Assembly: GCA_963833705.1 (NCBI GenBank)
Contig: CAWHYQ010000001.1
Location: 571,656-635,655, forward strand
Length of the DNA stretch: 64,000 nt
From: an uncultured Chloroflexia bacterium
Lineage (GTDB): Bacteria > Chloroflexota > Limnocylindria > Limnocylindrales > CSP1-4
Direction of reading: 5' to 3'
Below, piece after piece: positions 31,735 to 42,512 of the stretch (position 1 is its first letter; every line of letters begins with the position of its first letter). Both the position numbers and the translations under genes were made by a program. The notes under the pieces were generated by a model that was not told the origin of the DNA, searched no databases, and was given only the letters and a program-made list of their open reading frames with translations.

Positions 31735-32517
31735 CTAGGAGCCGCCCTTCACCTTATCGGGCGGCGGGGCGCTGATCGACACCGATCCGTCCCACTTCGA
31801 GAAGGTCGCGTCGAGCCTCAGCGTCTTCCCGTCCGGGTACTTCAGGTCGAGGGTCAGCCCGGCCAGGTGGTTCGGGAGGTCCTTCTCGACGCGAACGGTC
31901 ACGGTCAGTGTGGCGCCGCCGAGGTCGACAGGCAGGCTCTTGACGGTGGCTCCTCCGAGCGCGGCGATCTCTTCTGCCGTGAGGGTGGTGGTGACCGTGT
32001 AGCAGGACTTCGAACCACAGGCGATGTCATCGCCCTTGGTCAGGGTGACCGTCGATCCGAGCAGCAGGTCGCCGAGGTTGTCGATCAATCCGCTCGCATC
32101 GGACGGGTCGATCGGACTGCCGTCGAGGCCCGTCTGCGTGTATTGGTCGCCCGTCTGCGTCGTCTTGAGATAGGCCTTGCCATCGACGACGATCAGCTCG
32201 GCCGAGAACCCGAACAGCGCCGGGACGGAGAGCGTCGCGTGGATCGCGCCGTTCTCGATGTCCACGTCCGCCGAGGCGGTCGTACCCGTCAGTGTGATCG
32301 GGGCCGCGATGCCGCTGCCGCCGGGCAAGGTGACATTGGCGGTGCCGTCGACCGTGGCGTCCACATGGACCGTCTTGGCCGCCTCGGCCGACTTGAGGGC
32401 CGCCTCGACGATCGCCTTGGGATCGGTCAGTGGCGGGCCGCTGTTGGCGCCGCACGCGGTCACGAGGAGCGCGGTGGTCGCTGCGAGCGCGAGGATGACG
32501 GGGAGGCGGCGGGTCAT
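31735..32517 (-). CDS. Lipoprotein, possibly LppX/LprAFG-like (LolA fold)
   Basis: Signal peptide plus lipobox LVTAC. Beta-rich 260-aa sequence. The family assignment is tentative. Confidence 0.55.
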   Translation of the reverse strand: MTRRLPVILALAATTALLVTACGANSGPPLTDPKAIVEAALKSAEAAKTVHVDATVDGTANVTLPGGSGIAAPITLTGTTASADVDIENGAIHATLSVPALFGFSAELIVVDGKAYLKTTQTGDQYTQTGLDGSPIDPSDASGLIDNLGDLLLGSTVTLTKGDDIACGSKSCYTVTTTLTAEEIAALGGATVKSLPVDLGGATLTVTVRVEKDLPNHLAGLTLDLKYPDGKTLRLDATFSKWDGSVSISAPPPDKVKGGS

Positions 32518-32974
32518 GGGGCTCCTTGGCGAATTGCGGCAGGCACGTCCAGATCATCAACCGTGCTGGCCACGGGACAGGGTCGCGGTGAGGCGCCAGC
32601 CTGTCAAACGTGGGTGACGGGGCGGTGCGCCAAAGCCCGGCAGTCGAAGGCTTCATTTCCTGACAGCTATTCGTGGCAAGCCTGTTAGGCCGCCTTCGGG
32701 CCTGCTCCGAGGCGTGGATCGGCCGCCTTGGGCACGAGCCAAGCGTGGAACGAGGCGTGTGGCGCCCGCACGGGCGCCACGATCTGGCCTACCAGCCGCT
32801 ACAGGAATATCTGGCCGCTATCGCCAGTACGCTCTGTCTGGGAGTCCTCGGCAGCATGGCTGGCAGAGAGAACCGTCGGCGGGCCAAGCCACCGGAGGCG
32901 GGTCGAGGAACCGGGTCGAGCCCAGACCCGTCGGAGCCCAGACCGATCGAGCCGGTTCGACCCGTCCATCTGAA

Positions 32975-33003
32975 TCAAAAGGCCCCCGGCGATGCCGGGG
33001 GCC
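32975..33003 (-). terminator. Rho-independent terminator downstream of groEL
   Basis: GGCCCCCGGC-atc-GCCGGGGGCC followed by TTTTGA on the minus strand, about 28 nt after the groEL stop. Confidence 0.7.
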
Positions 33004-33031
33004 CTGATCGTGAGCGACGAATGGGCTCGGA

Positions 33032-34684
<1,653 letters not shown>

Positions 34685-34713
34685 CTACAGGTCTGCGGAC
34701 GGGGCCGACGCCG

Positions 34714-35028
34714 TCAGTCCGCGACGATCGCGAGGATGTCCTTCTGGCTGACGATGAGGAGCTCGTCGCCGTCGACCTTGAACTCGGTCCCGGCGTACTT
34801 GGCGTACAGGACCTTGTCGCCGGCCTTGACGTCCATGGCCTCGCGCTTGCCATCGTCAAGGATCTTCCCGGGACCGGCGGCGATGATCGTGCCTTCCTGG
34901 GGCTTTTCCTTGGCGGTGTCCGGCAGGACGATGCCGCTCTTGGTCATCTCCTCGCGGGCGCTCGGCTTGATGACCACGCGATCGCCCAATGGGCGAAGCT
35001 TGGTCGTGTTCGCGGTGGCTTTGGCCAA
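34714..35028 (-). CDS. groES: Co-chaperonin GroES (Cpn10)
   Basis: TTG at 35028, 8 nt after AGGAGG. (M)[21 protein letters not shown]...[23 protein letters not shown]... Confidence 0.9.
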   Translation of the reverse strand: MAKATANTTKLRPLGDRVVIKPSAREEMTKSGIVLPDTAKEKPQEGTIIAAGPGKILDDGKREAMDVKAGDKVLYAKYAGTEFKVDGDELLIVSQKDILAIVAD

Positions 35029-35210
35029 CGTGCATTCCTCCTGTGACGGCCAGGACCGGCCGACGGGCGTGGGCTCCGGGAGCGTCGACCCGGCCGGGTG
35101 CGGCCGTGGGATCGATGTCCCCGGGATCGTCTGTGGAGGCATCGCCGCGACCCCGCCCGACCCTCCAGCCGGTCTTCCCGGCGCCCGTCGGTCTCGGTGA
35201 TCCGCGATGC

Positions 35211-35237
35211 TTAGCACTCTCATAGGGAGAGTGCTAA
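35211..35237. promoter_or_regulatory. CIRCE element (HrcA operator)
   Basis: Perfect TTAGCACTC-N9-GAGTGCTAA read directly, about 183 nt upstream of the groES start. Confidence 0.9.
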
Positions 35238-35296
35238 GTGGAGACTAGCGAACTCGGGCCGACGCTGTCAACCCGAACCGCGCGCGCTGCTCGACG

Positions 35297-35983
35297 TCAG
35301 GGATGGGTGATGGCGATGACGAGGTCGTTCCCCGCGCGCACGAATGCGACGCAACCGGCGCCGTCGTAGCCGACGTACCAGCCGATGATGCCTTCCGATG
35401 CGTCGAACAGGACCGCATGGCGGAGCGTCGTGAGGTCGGGCTTGAGGTCGATCGGGCCGTCGTACGTCGGTTGCCCGGCGTCGTTCTGGAGCGACATCCC
35501 GGTGAACCGGAGCATCAACGCGTGGGCGCCGACGAGGTCGATCGGGGCGCCGCTGGCGGCCTGAGTGAACGGGGGCTTGGCGAACGTGAGCGAGCCCTTC
35601 GGCGGCGACGGCGGCCCTGGCAACGACGGGTTGCCGAAGGTGAAGGTGAGCCGATCAGCGGTCGCGGTGGACGACACGGCGATGGCGACGAACCGGTCGG
35701 ATGGCAGGGCGATGTCCGTCGGTCGGAGGACGCACGCGCTCGCCGAGCCCGACGGGACCGACGACGACGAGGGGAAGGCCGTCGGGCTCGGGCTCATCGC
35801 CGGCGTCGCCGTGGCGGCCGGGGTCGGGGAGACCGATGGAACCGCGGAGCTGGAGGCCGTCGGCGTGGCGACCGGCGTCGCCGACGGTCCGGCGCTTCCG
35901 CCGGCCGAGCTGCATGCGGCCACGAGCAAGGCCAGAACGACGATGAGCGATGCTGGGAGCAGGCGGCGGGTCGCGGGTGTCAT
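35297..35983 (-). CDS. Lipoprotein, hypothetical, with a Pro/Ser/Thr/Ala-rich linker
   Basis: Signal peptide plus lipobox LVAAC. ATGA overlap with the tatD-like gene. Confidence 0.55.
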   Translation of the reverse strand: MTPATRRLLPASLIVVLALLVAACSSAGGSAGPSATPVATPTASSSAVPSVSPTPAATATPAMSPSPTAFPSSSSVPSGSASACVLRPTDIALPSDRFVAIAVSSTATADRLTFTFGNPSLPGPPSPPKGSLTFAKPPFTQAASGAPIDLVGAHALMLRFTGMSLQNDAGQPTYDGPIDLKPDLTTLRHAVLFDASEGIIGWYVGYDGAGCVAFVRAGNDLVIAITHP

Positions 35984-36810
35984 CGTGTCCTCTCAGGACC
36001 CCGGAAGGTCCGGTCGTAGGCGTCGATCAGATCGGGTCCAAGCGCCTCTGGCGTCGTGCCTCGGCAGTCGGCGAGCCATGCCCCTGTGACGCGTACCCAC
36101 TCCGGCTGGTTGCGCGAGCGGGGCGCACCCGGCGGGGCGAGGAACGGCGAGTCCGTCTCGATCAGGAGCCGGTCGCCCGGGACGATGGCGGCGACGTCGG
36201 CCGAGGCCTCCTCGCCCCGGCGGAAGACGAGCCCCGAGAAGCTGACGGCAAGCCCGAGGTCGATGACGGCGCGTGCGTAGTCGAGCGGTCCGGAGAACGA
36301 GTGGATGACGGCCGGCGGACGGTCGCCGAACGACGCCGCCCAGGCCGGTCCACCGACACCCGCCGCTCGAAGGCCCTCGAGGAGGGCGTCCTGGGCATCG
36401 CGCCGCCCGTCGGCCGACCGACAATGCAGGATCGCGGGCTTGCCGGTCTCGAGTGCCAGGGCCAGGTTGCGCCGGAGGTTGGTCGACTGGTCCTCGACCG
36501 GGCTGAACATCCGGTCGTAGTCGAGGCCGCTCTCGCCGATGGCGACCACCCGATCGTCCGCCGCCCAGGTCACGATCCTCGCCCAGCCCGCGTCGTCGAC
36601 CTTGGCCGCATCGTGCGGGTGGACGCCGACCGCCGCATCGAGCCAGGTGAAGCGGTCGACGCAGTCCAGGGCGCGCCCGGACGACGCGACGTTCCATCCC
36701 GGCACCAGGACACGCTCGACGCCGGCAAGACGTGCGGCTCCGATGACCTGATCGGCGTCAACGTCGAAGCGCTCGGCGTTGAGGTGGCAGTGGCTGTCGA
36801 CGAGTCGCAC
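35980..36810 (-). CDS. tatD: TatD-family metal-dependent hydrolase/DNase
   Basis: GTG at 36810. (M)RLVDSHCHL, GESGLDY, ILHCR, ETDSPFLAP. Confidence 0.8.
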   Translation of the reverse strand: MRLVDSHCHLNAERFDVDADQVIGAARLAGVERVLVPGWNVASSGRALDCVDRFTWLDAAVGVHPHDAAKVDDAGWARIVTWAADDRVVAIGESGLDYDRMFSPVEDQSTNLRRNLALALETGKPAILHCRSADGRRDAQDALLEGLRAAGVGGPAWAASFGDRPPAVIHSFSGPLDYARAVIDLGLAVSFSGLVFRRGEEASADVAAIVPGDRLLIETDSPFLAPPGAPRSRNQPEWVRVTGAWLADCRGTTPEALGPDLIDAYDRTFRGPERTR

Positions 36811-36872
36811 GGCGGCATCGTAGGTCCGCTGCGTTGCGGACGCGGTGGGCTGGCTCGGCGCGAGCCGCGATG

Positions 36873-38510
36873 TCAGCCGGCCGGCGCCTCGGCATCGAGC
36901 CGCGGGAAGAGGGGCTCCGGCGTCGCGACGCGGCCGGGTTCCCCGGCGTGGGCGCCCCAGGCCAGCTCGTCGTGGATGGGTGGGCCGTCGTTGCCGTCGG
37001 GCCCGTACGGGTACGTGTGGCCGAGTTGCGCGAGGAGTCGCGGTGCCGTGCCCGGCAGGAACGGTGCGGCGGCCAGCCCGACGAGCCGGCAGGCCTCGAC
37101 CAGATCGCCCAGGACGCCCCGGAGGCGCTCGCCGGACGGCGCGTCGCCCGCCCTCCACGCCTTGGCGAGTTCCCACGGCTTCTCGAGGTCCACCTGCCGG
37201 TTCGCCGCCCCGACGAATTCCCATAGCTGGGCGAGTGCCTCGTGCAGTAGGCATGCCTCGAGCGCCGTCGTGAACGGCCCCAGCTGTCGCTCCCACGCCT
37301 CCCGCAGGGAACCCCCGCCCGGCGTGGGTCGATCACCGTCCGTGTACCGGTTGGTCATCGAGACCGTCCGGTTGACGAGGTTCCCGAAGTCGTTGGCGAG
37401 GTCCGCGTTGTAGCGGCGGACGAACGAGTCCCAGCTGACCTCGGCGTCGCGATCGAACGGCACCTCGCGGAGGACGACGTAGCGCGCCCCGTCGCCACCG
37501 AACGCCGCCACGAAATCGTCGGGGTCGAGGAAGTTGCCGCGGCTCTTGCTCATCCGTTCGCCGCCGGCGGCCAGCAGCCAGCCATGGACCCACACGCGTC
37601 GGGGCGCCTCCAGCCCCGCGCTCCACAACATCGCCGGCCAGAAGATGGTGTGGAACCGGGCGATGTCCTTGCCGATGACATGGAGATCGGCCGGCCACCA
37701 GTGCGCGAAGGCCGCCAGGTCATCGGGGAACCCGGCCCCGGTGATGTAGTTGATGAGCGCGTCGTACCAGACGTAGATCTTGCCCGCCTCGGGGTCCCAG
37801 GAACCATCCTCCCGGAGCGCGCTCTCGCCGTTCTCCGCGATCGGGAACGGGATGCCCCAGTCACCGGGCGTCCGCTCCCGGCTGATCGAGAAGTCCTCGA
37901 GCCCGCCGCGGATGAAGCCGAGCATCTCGTTGCGTCTGTAGTCCGGCTGCACGAAGTCGGGATGCTCGGCGTAATACCGCTCGAGCCGCTCCTGGTAGGC
38001 CGACAGGCGGAAGAACCAGTTGCGCTCGGTCAGCCACTGGAGCGGGACCTCGGGATGGTTCGGGCAGATCGTCCCGCGCGCCGTCTCGATGACGTCGGTC
38101 GCGTTGCGGAACCCTTCGTTCGGGCAGTACCAGCCCTCGTACGTGCCGAGGTAGATGTCGCCGTTGGCATGCGCCCGCCGGACCATCTCCTGTGCCGAAC
38201 GGATGTGGTCGGGGTCGGTCGTGCGGATGAACCGGTCCGGCGTGATGGCCAGGGCAGCCTCCGCCGACCGGAACAGGGCGACCTTCTCGTCGACGAACTC
38301 ACGCGGCGGACGGCCCTCGTCGACGGCGCTCTGGGCGATGTTGATCGAGTGCTCGTCGGTGCCGGTCAGGAACCGTGTGTCGACGCCCGACATCCGCTTC
38401 CAGCGGGCGATGACGTCAGCGCCGATCACCTCGTACAGCGTGTGCACGCCCGGCTTGTTGTTGGCGTACGCGATCGAGGTGGTCAGGTAGTAGCGCGGTC
38501 CGTTCGCCAT
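36873..38510 (-). CDS. metG: Methionyl-tRNA synthetase
   Basis: 545 aa. Class I HIGH-like region (PGVHTLYE), KMSKS variant RMSKSRGN, and an anticodon-binding C-terminal domain. Confidence 0.92.
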   Translation of the reverse strand: MANGPRYYLTTSIAYANNKPGVHTLYEVIGADVIARWKRMSGVDTRFLTGTDEHSINIAQSAVDEGRPPREFVDEKVALFRSAEAALAITPDRFIRTTDPDHIRSAQEMVRRAHANGDIYLGTYEGWYCPNEGFRNATDVIETARGTICPNHPEVPLQWLTERNWFFRLSAYQERLERYYAEHPDFVQPDYRRNEMLGFIRGGLEDFSISRERTPGDWGIPFPIAENGESALREDGSWDPEAGKIYVWYDALINYITGAGFPDDLAAFAHWWPADLHVIGKDIARFHTIFWPAMLWSAGLEAPRRVWVHGWLLAAGGERMSKSRGNFLDPDDFVAAFGGDGARYVVLREVPFDRDAEVSWDSFVRRYNADLANDFGNLVNRTVSMTNRYTDGDRPTPGGGSLREAWERQLGPFTTALEACLLHEALAQLWEFVGAANRQVDLEKPWELAKAWRAGDAPSGERLRGVLGDLVEACRLVGLAAAPFLPGTAPRLLAQLGHTYPYGPDGNDGPPIHDELAWGAHAGEPGRVATPEPLFPRLDAEAPAG

Positions 38511-38549
38511 GGGAGCGCGATGGTACCAGCGGCCTCGGCCGCCCGAGGG

Positions 38550-39026
38550 TCAGCGCAGGGATTCGTCGAGCGCCTTCTCGATGTCGTCGTCGTACGAGGT
38601 CTGGCGGACACGTCCGTGGTACTGACCGAGCACTCCGACGAGCATGCCCGGATCGCCCTCCTTGATCTGGAGGAAGAGCGCCGAGCCACCGGCCGGCAGG
38701 TCCGCGCCGACCTCCTTGACGAACTTGCCGTCGATGCCGGGTGCCGCCGCCCGCCCGATCAGGCCGCCAGCGATCGCGCCACCGACGATCGCACCCACCG
38801 GGAAGACGACGAACAGCAGGCCGCCAAGGACGGCTCCGACCGCGGCCCCGGTCTCGGTCCCGCTCGACGCCTCGTTGTGGAACGTCACCTTGCCTTCAGC
38901 ATCCTTGCGGACGACCGCAGTGTCCTCCAGCCCGACCTTGCCGGCGTGCTCGACCGAACGGATCGATTTGAGGGCCGCCTCGGCGTCGTCGGCCCCGTCG
39001 AATGTGATCGCCAGGAACTGTCCCAT
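38550..39026 (-). CDS. DUF1269-like membrane protein
   Basis: ATG at 39026 after ggggagg. Gly-rich TM region GAAVGAVLGGLLFVVFPVGAIVGGAIAGGLIG. Confidence 0.6.
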   Translation of the reverse strand: MGQFLAITFDGADDAEAALKSIRSVEHAGKVGLEDTAVVRKDAEGKVTFHNEASSGTETGAAVGAVLGGLLFVVFPVGAIVGGAIAGGLIGRAAAPGIDGKFVKEVGADLPAGGSALFLQIKEGDPGMLVGVLGQYHGRVRQTSYDDDIEKALDESLR

Positions 39027-39108
39027 CGTCGATGTGCCTCCCCGTGATCGTTCGTGCGGTACAGGGTCACGATACCCCGCAGGGCGATGCCCGGTCGACT
39101 GTCGCCGG

Positions 39109-41355
39109 TCAGTGCCGGAAGTGGCGGGTGCCGGTGATGAGCATCGTCGCGCCGACCGCGTCGATCGCGGCGACCACGTCCGCGTCGCGCACCGACCCGC
39201 CCGGTTGCGCGAACGCCGTGACCCCGGCCGCGAGGCAGACCTCGACCGCATCGGGGAACGGGTAGAACGCATCAGAGGCACAGGCCGCGCCGATGAGCGC
39301 CGTCATGCCGGCGTGGGCGAGGGCCTTGTCGACCGCGCCGCGTGCCGCATCCACGCGAGACGTCTGGCCGGAACCCATGCCGATGAGCCGCCGATCGTTC
39401 ACGAGCACGATCGCGTTCGAGGTCACGCCCCGGACGAGACGCCAGGCGAGGTCGAGGTCGAGCAGTTCGTGGTCGGTCGGCGAGCGGACGCTCGCGACCG
39501 TCCAGGCCGTCGGGTCGTCGGCCGACGTGTCCGGGGCGGTGACGAGGATGGCGCCGCCGGCCGACCGGATCGAGCCCGTCGGACCGGCGGGCGGAGCCGG
39601 TTCGTCCGAGTCCACGAGAGGATCGACGACGAGACGGAGGTTGGGTTTCGCCCCGAGGACGGCCAGCGCTTCGTCGTCGAAGGCAGGGGCGACAACGACC
39701 TCGAGGAAGATCGTCGTGAGCGCCTCGGCCACGGCGCGATCGACCGGTCGCGTCAACGCGACGACGCCACCGAACGCCGACACCGGATCACCGGCCAGCG
39801 CCGCGGTCCAGGCGTCGAGAAGCGTCGCCCGCTCCGCGGCGCCGCACGGGTTGGTGTGCTTGACGATGACGCAGCCCGTGCCGCGCAGCGCGCGCGCCAG
39901 CATGGCGGCCGCCGACGCATCCAGGACGTTGTTGTAGGAGAGGGCCTTGCCCCGGATCGGGGTCGCACCCGTCGCGAACGGTCCGTCCTCCAGCCGGCTG
40001 CCCGCTCGTCGGTAGAGCGCGGCCGGCTGGTGCGGGTTCTCTCCGTACCGCAGCGTGTCGACCTTCTCGAGCGGGATGGTCAGGCTCGCCGGGTAGGGGT
40101 CGCCCGCCCCGGGCAGGCCCGGCTCGTCTGGCAGTGGCGTCCCTGCGGCCGCCATCCGGCCGGGCAGGACGTCGGCGATGCGTGCGTCGTAGGCCGCGGT
40201 GTGGCGGAACGCCTCCACGGCGAGCGCCGCCCGCAGGCCGTCCCCCACTCGGCCTTGCGCCCCGATCTCGGCGAGGACTGCGTCGTAGCGCGCTGGCCTC
40301 GTCACGACCGCGACGTTGGCATGGTTCTTGGCGGCGGCGCGGACCATCGACGGGCCGCCGATGTCGATCTCCTCGACCAGCTCGTCGAAGGTGATCCCGG
40401 GCCGCTCGGCGGCCGCGGCGAACGGATAGAGATTGACGACCACGAGCTCGAAAGGCGCGATCGCCGCGGCCAGCAGCTGCTGCCGATGCGACGCCGAGCG
40501 GCGGTCGGCCAACAAGCCGGCGTGGATCCGAGGGTGCAGCGTCTTGACCCGACCGTCGAGCATCTCCGGGAACCCGGTCACGGCCGCGACGTCGGTCACC
40601 GGCAGGCCAGCTTCGCGCAACGCCCGGGCGGTCCCGCCGGTCGACACGAGCTCGAACCCATGGACGACAAGACCATCGCCGAACGCGACCAACCCGGTCT
40701 TGTCGGAGACGGACAACAATGCCCGCCGCGGTGTCGGCACGGACGTGTCGGCCCGTGCCAGATCGACGATCACGTGCCGTCCGTCCGGGGCGACCGCCAG
40801 CGTCCCGCCAAGCAGTCGGGCGACCGCCGCCGGCAGGAGTCGATGCTCCACGGCGCGGATCCGCTCGTGGAGGGTCCCTGCGTCGTCGCCCGGAAGGATG
40901 GCGACCGCCTCCTGCGCGACGATCGGGCCACCGTCCAGGGTCGCGTCGACGAGATGGACCGTGCAGCCGGTGACGGTGACGCCGTGGGCGAGCGCGTCGG
41001 CGACCGCGTGCGCGCCGGGAAAGGCCGGGAGGAGCGACGGGTGCGTGTTCAGGATCCGACCGTCGTGCGACGCGAGGATGGCCGGGCCCACGATCCGCAT
41101 GTAGCCGGCGAGGACGACGACGTCCGCGTGGGCACCGCGCAGCGCCTCCGCGAGGGTCCCGTCGTCACCGTCGGGGACGAGTGCGGTGTCGATCCCATGC
41201 TCCGCAGCCCAGGTGAGGGCCGGGCACTCGCGGTCCGCGAAGACGAGAACGACGTCGCCCCCGAGTTCACCTCGATCGGCGGCTGCGACGAGCGCCCGCA
41301 GGTTCGAGCCCGCACCCGAGACCCCTACGGCGATCCGTCCGGGACGACCCGTCAC
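39109..41355 (-). CDS. purN-purH: Apparent fusion of GAR transformylase (PurN) with AICAR transformylase/IMP cyclohydrolase (PurH)
   Basis: Uninterrupted 748-codon frame. GTG at 41355 overlaps the purM stop. PurN part: RIAVGVSGAGSNL, NTHPSLLPAF, HLVDATLDGGPI. PurH part: RRALLSVSDKTGL, KTLHPRIHAGLL, GGPSMVRAAAKNH, KHTNPCG, ...TGTRHFRH. Confidence 0.85.
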   Translation of the reverse strand: MTGRPGRIAVGVSGAGSNLRALVAAADRGELGGDVVLVFADRECPALTWAAEHGIDTALVPDGDDGTLAEALRGAHADVVVLAGYMRIVGPAILASHDGRILNTHPSLLPAFPGAHAVADALAHGVTVTGCTVHLVDATLDGGPIVAQEAVAILPGDDAGTLHERIRAVEHRLLPAAVARLLGGTLAVAPDGRHVIVDLARADTSVPTPRRALLSVSDKTGLVAFGDGLVVHGFELVSTGGTARALREAGLPVTDVAAVTGFPEMLDGRVKTLHPRIHAGLLADRRSASHRQQLLAAAIAPFELVVVNLYPFAAAAERPGITFDELVEEIDIGGPSMVRAAAKNHANVAVVTRPARYDAVLAEIGAQGRVGDGLRAALAVEAFRHTAAYDARIADVLPGRMAAAGTPLPDEPGLPGAGDPYPASLTIPLEKVDTLRYGENPHQPAALYRRAGSRLEDGPFATGATPIRGKALSYNNVLDASAAAMLARALRGTGCVIVKHTNPCGAAERATLLDAWTAALAGDPVSAFGGVVALTRPVDRAVAEALTTIFLEVVVAPAFDDEALAVLGAKPNLRLVVDPLVDSDEPAPPAGPTGSIRSAGGAILVTAPDTSADDPTAWTVASVRSPTDHELLDLDLAWRLVRGVTSNAIVLVNDRRLIGMGSGQTSRVDAARGAVDKALAHAGMTALIGAACASDAFYPFPDAVEVCLAAGVTAFAQPGGSVRDADVVAAIDAVGATMLITGTRHFRH

Positions 41356-42512
41356 GCCGCGCCACCGAGCGGGCCCTCGACATAGCGCGAACCGCCGACG
41401 CCGGCCGCGTCGACCACCTCGCCGACGACGGTGGTCGGGATGCCGCTCGCCCCGATGGCCGCCATCGCCGTCGCGGCCGCGGCCCTCGGGACGACCATGA
41501 CCATCCCGATCCCGCCGTTGAACGTCGCGCGGAGTTCCTCGTCGTCGAGACCGCCCAGCGCCCCGAACAGGCGCATCGCCGAGGGCATCCGCCATAGTTC
41601 GGGGTCGAGCCGTGCGGCCAACCCGTCTGAGATCGCGCGCGGCACGTTCCCGGGCAGCCCGCCGCCGGTGATGTGGGCGATGCCATGGACGTCCCAGCCG
41701 GCCGCCCGGACCGCGGCTCGGGCCGCCAGCACGGCCCTCGCGTAGATCCTGGTGGGTGTGAGCAGGACCTCGCCGAGGGTCGCCATCGCTTCGTTCGGTG
41801 CCGCGGTGATCGCGCGCTCGGCCTCGGCGTCCCCGAGCGACCGACGTAGACGCGCCTGATACGGCTCCGCGAGATCGAGGTCCCACTGGGCGAGCAGTGC
41901 ACGGACCAGCGAGAAGCCGTTGGCGTGGAGCCCGGACGCGGCCAGGCCCACGATCACATCGCCCGCACGGACAGCCGATCCATCGATGACGTCCGAACGC
42001 TCCACCACACCGATGCAACACCCCGACAGGTCGAAGGCATCGGGTTCCATGAGGCCCGGATGCTCGGCCGTCTCGCCGCCGACGAGCGCGCAACCCGCCT
42101 CGCGACAACCGGCCGCCACCGACCCGACGAGCTCCGCCACCCAGGCGGGGACGACCCGACCGACGACGACATAATCCAGGAAGGCGAGTGGCTCCGCGCC
42201 GCAGCAGATGACGTCGTTGGCGGACATCGCGACAAGGTCGATGCCGATCGTATCGAACCGCCCCAGCGCGGCCGCGATCCCCGTCTTCGTGCCCGCCCCG
42301 TCGGTCGAGGCGACCAGCAGCGGCTCGCGATAGCCCGCCGGGATGGCGACCGCGCCACCGAACCCGCCCAGACCGCCGACGACCTCCGACCGTCGCGTCG
42401 ATTCGACATGGGCCCGCATGAGATCCACGGCCCGCTCACCCGCCGCCACGTCGACCCCGGCCGCCCGATACGCGTCCCGCGCCGCATCGCCCTTGGCCCC
42501 GGGTCGACTCAC
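41352..42512 (-). CDS. purM: AIR synthetase
   Basis: 386 aa. AYRAAGVDVAAGERAV..., DGAGTK, typical PurM body. Confidence 0.92.
   Translation of the reverse strand: MSRPGAKGDAARDAYRAAGVDVAAGERAVDLMRAHVESTRRSEVVGGLGGFGGAVAIPAGYREPLLVASTDGAGTKTGIAAALGRFDTIGIDLVAMSANDVICCGAEPLAFLDYVVVGRVVPAWVAELVGSVAAGCREAGCALVGGETAEHPGLMEPDAFDLSGCCIGVVERSDVIDGSAVRAGDVIVGLAASGLHANGFSLVRALLAQWDLDLAEPYQARLRRSLGDAEAERAITAAPNEAMATLGEVLLTPTRIYARAVLAARAAVRAAGWDVHGIAHITGGGLPGNVPRAISDGLAARLDPELWRMPSAMRLFGALGGLDDEELRATFNGGIGMVMVVPRAAAATAMAAIGASGIPTTVVGEVVDAAGVGGSRYVEGPLGGAA

Noticed and set aside
32850-32965. Possible RNase P RNA, tmRNA or tRNA in the groEL-downstream gap (strings such as GGCAGAGAGAACCG..., GAGGAACCGGGTC and GGTTCGACCC).
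   Set aside because: The universal RNase P boxes (GAGGAAAGUCCGG, ACAGAAnCCGGCUUA) are absent. So are the SRP GGAAGCAGC loop, the tmRNA tRNA-like end and a tRNA cloverleaf with matching T-arm stems. The resemblance is only superficial.
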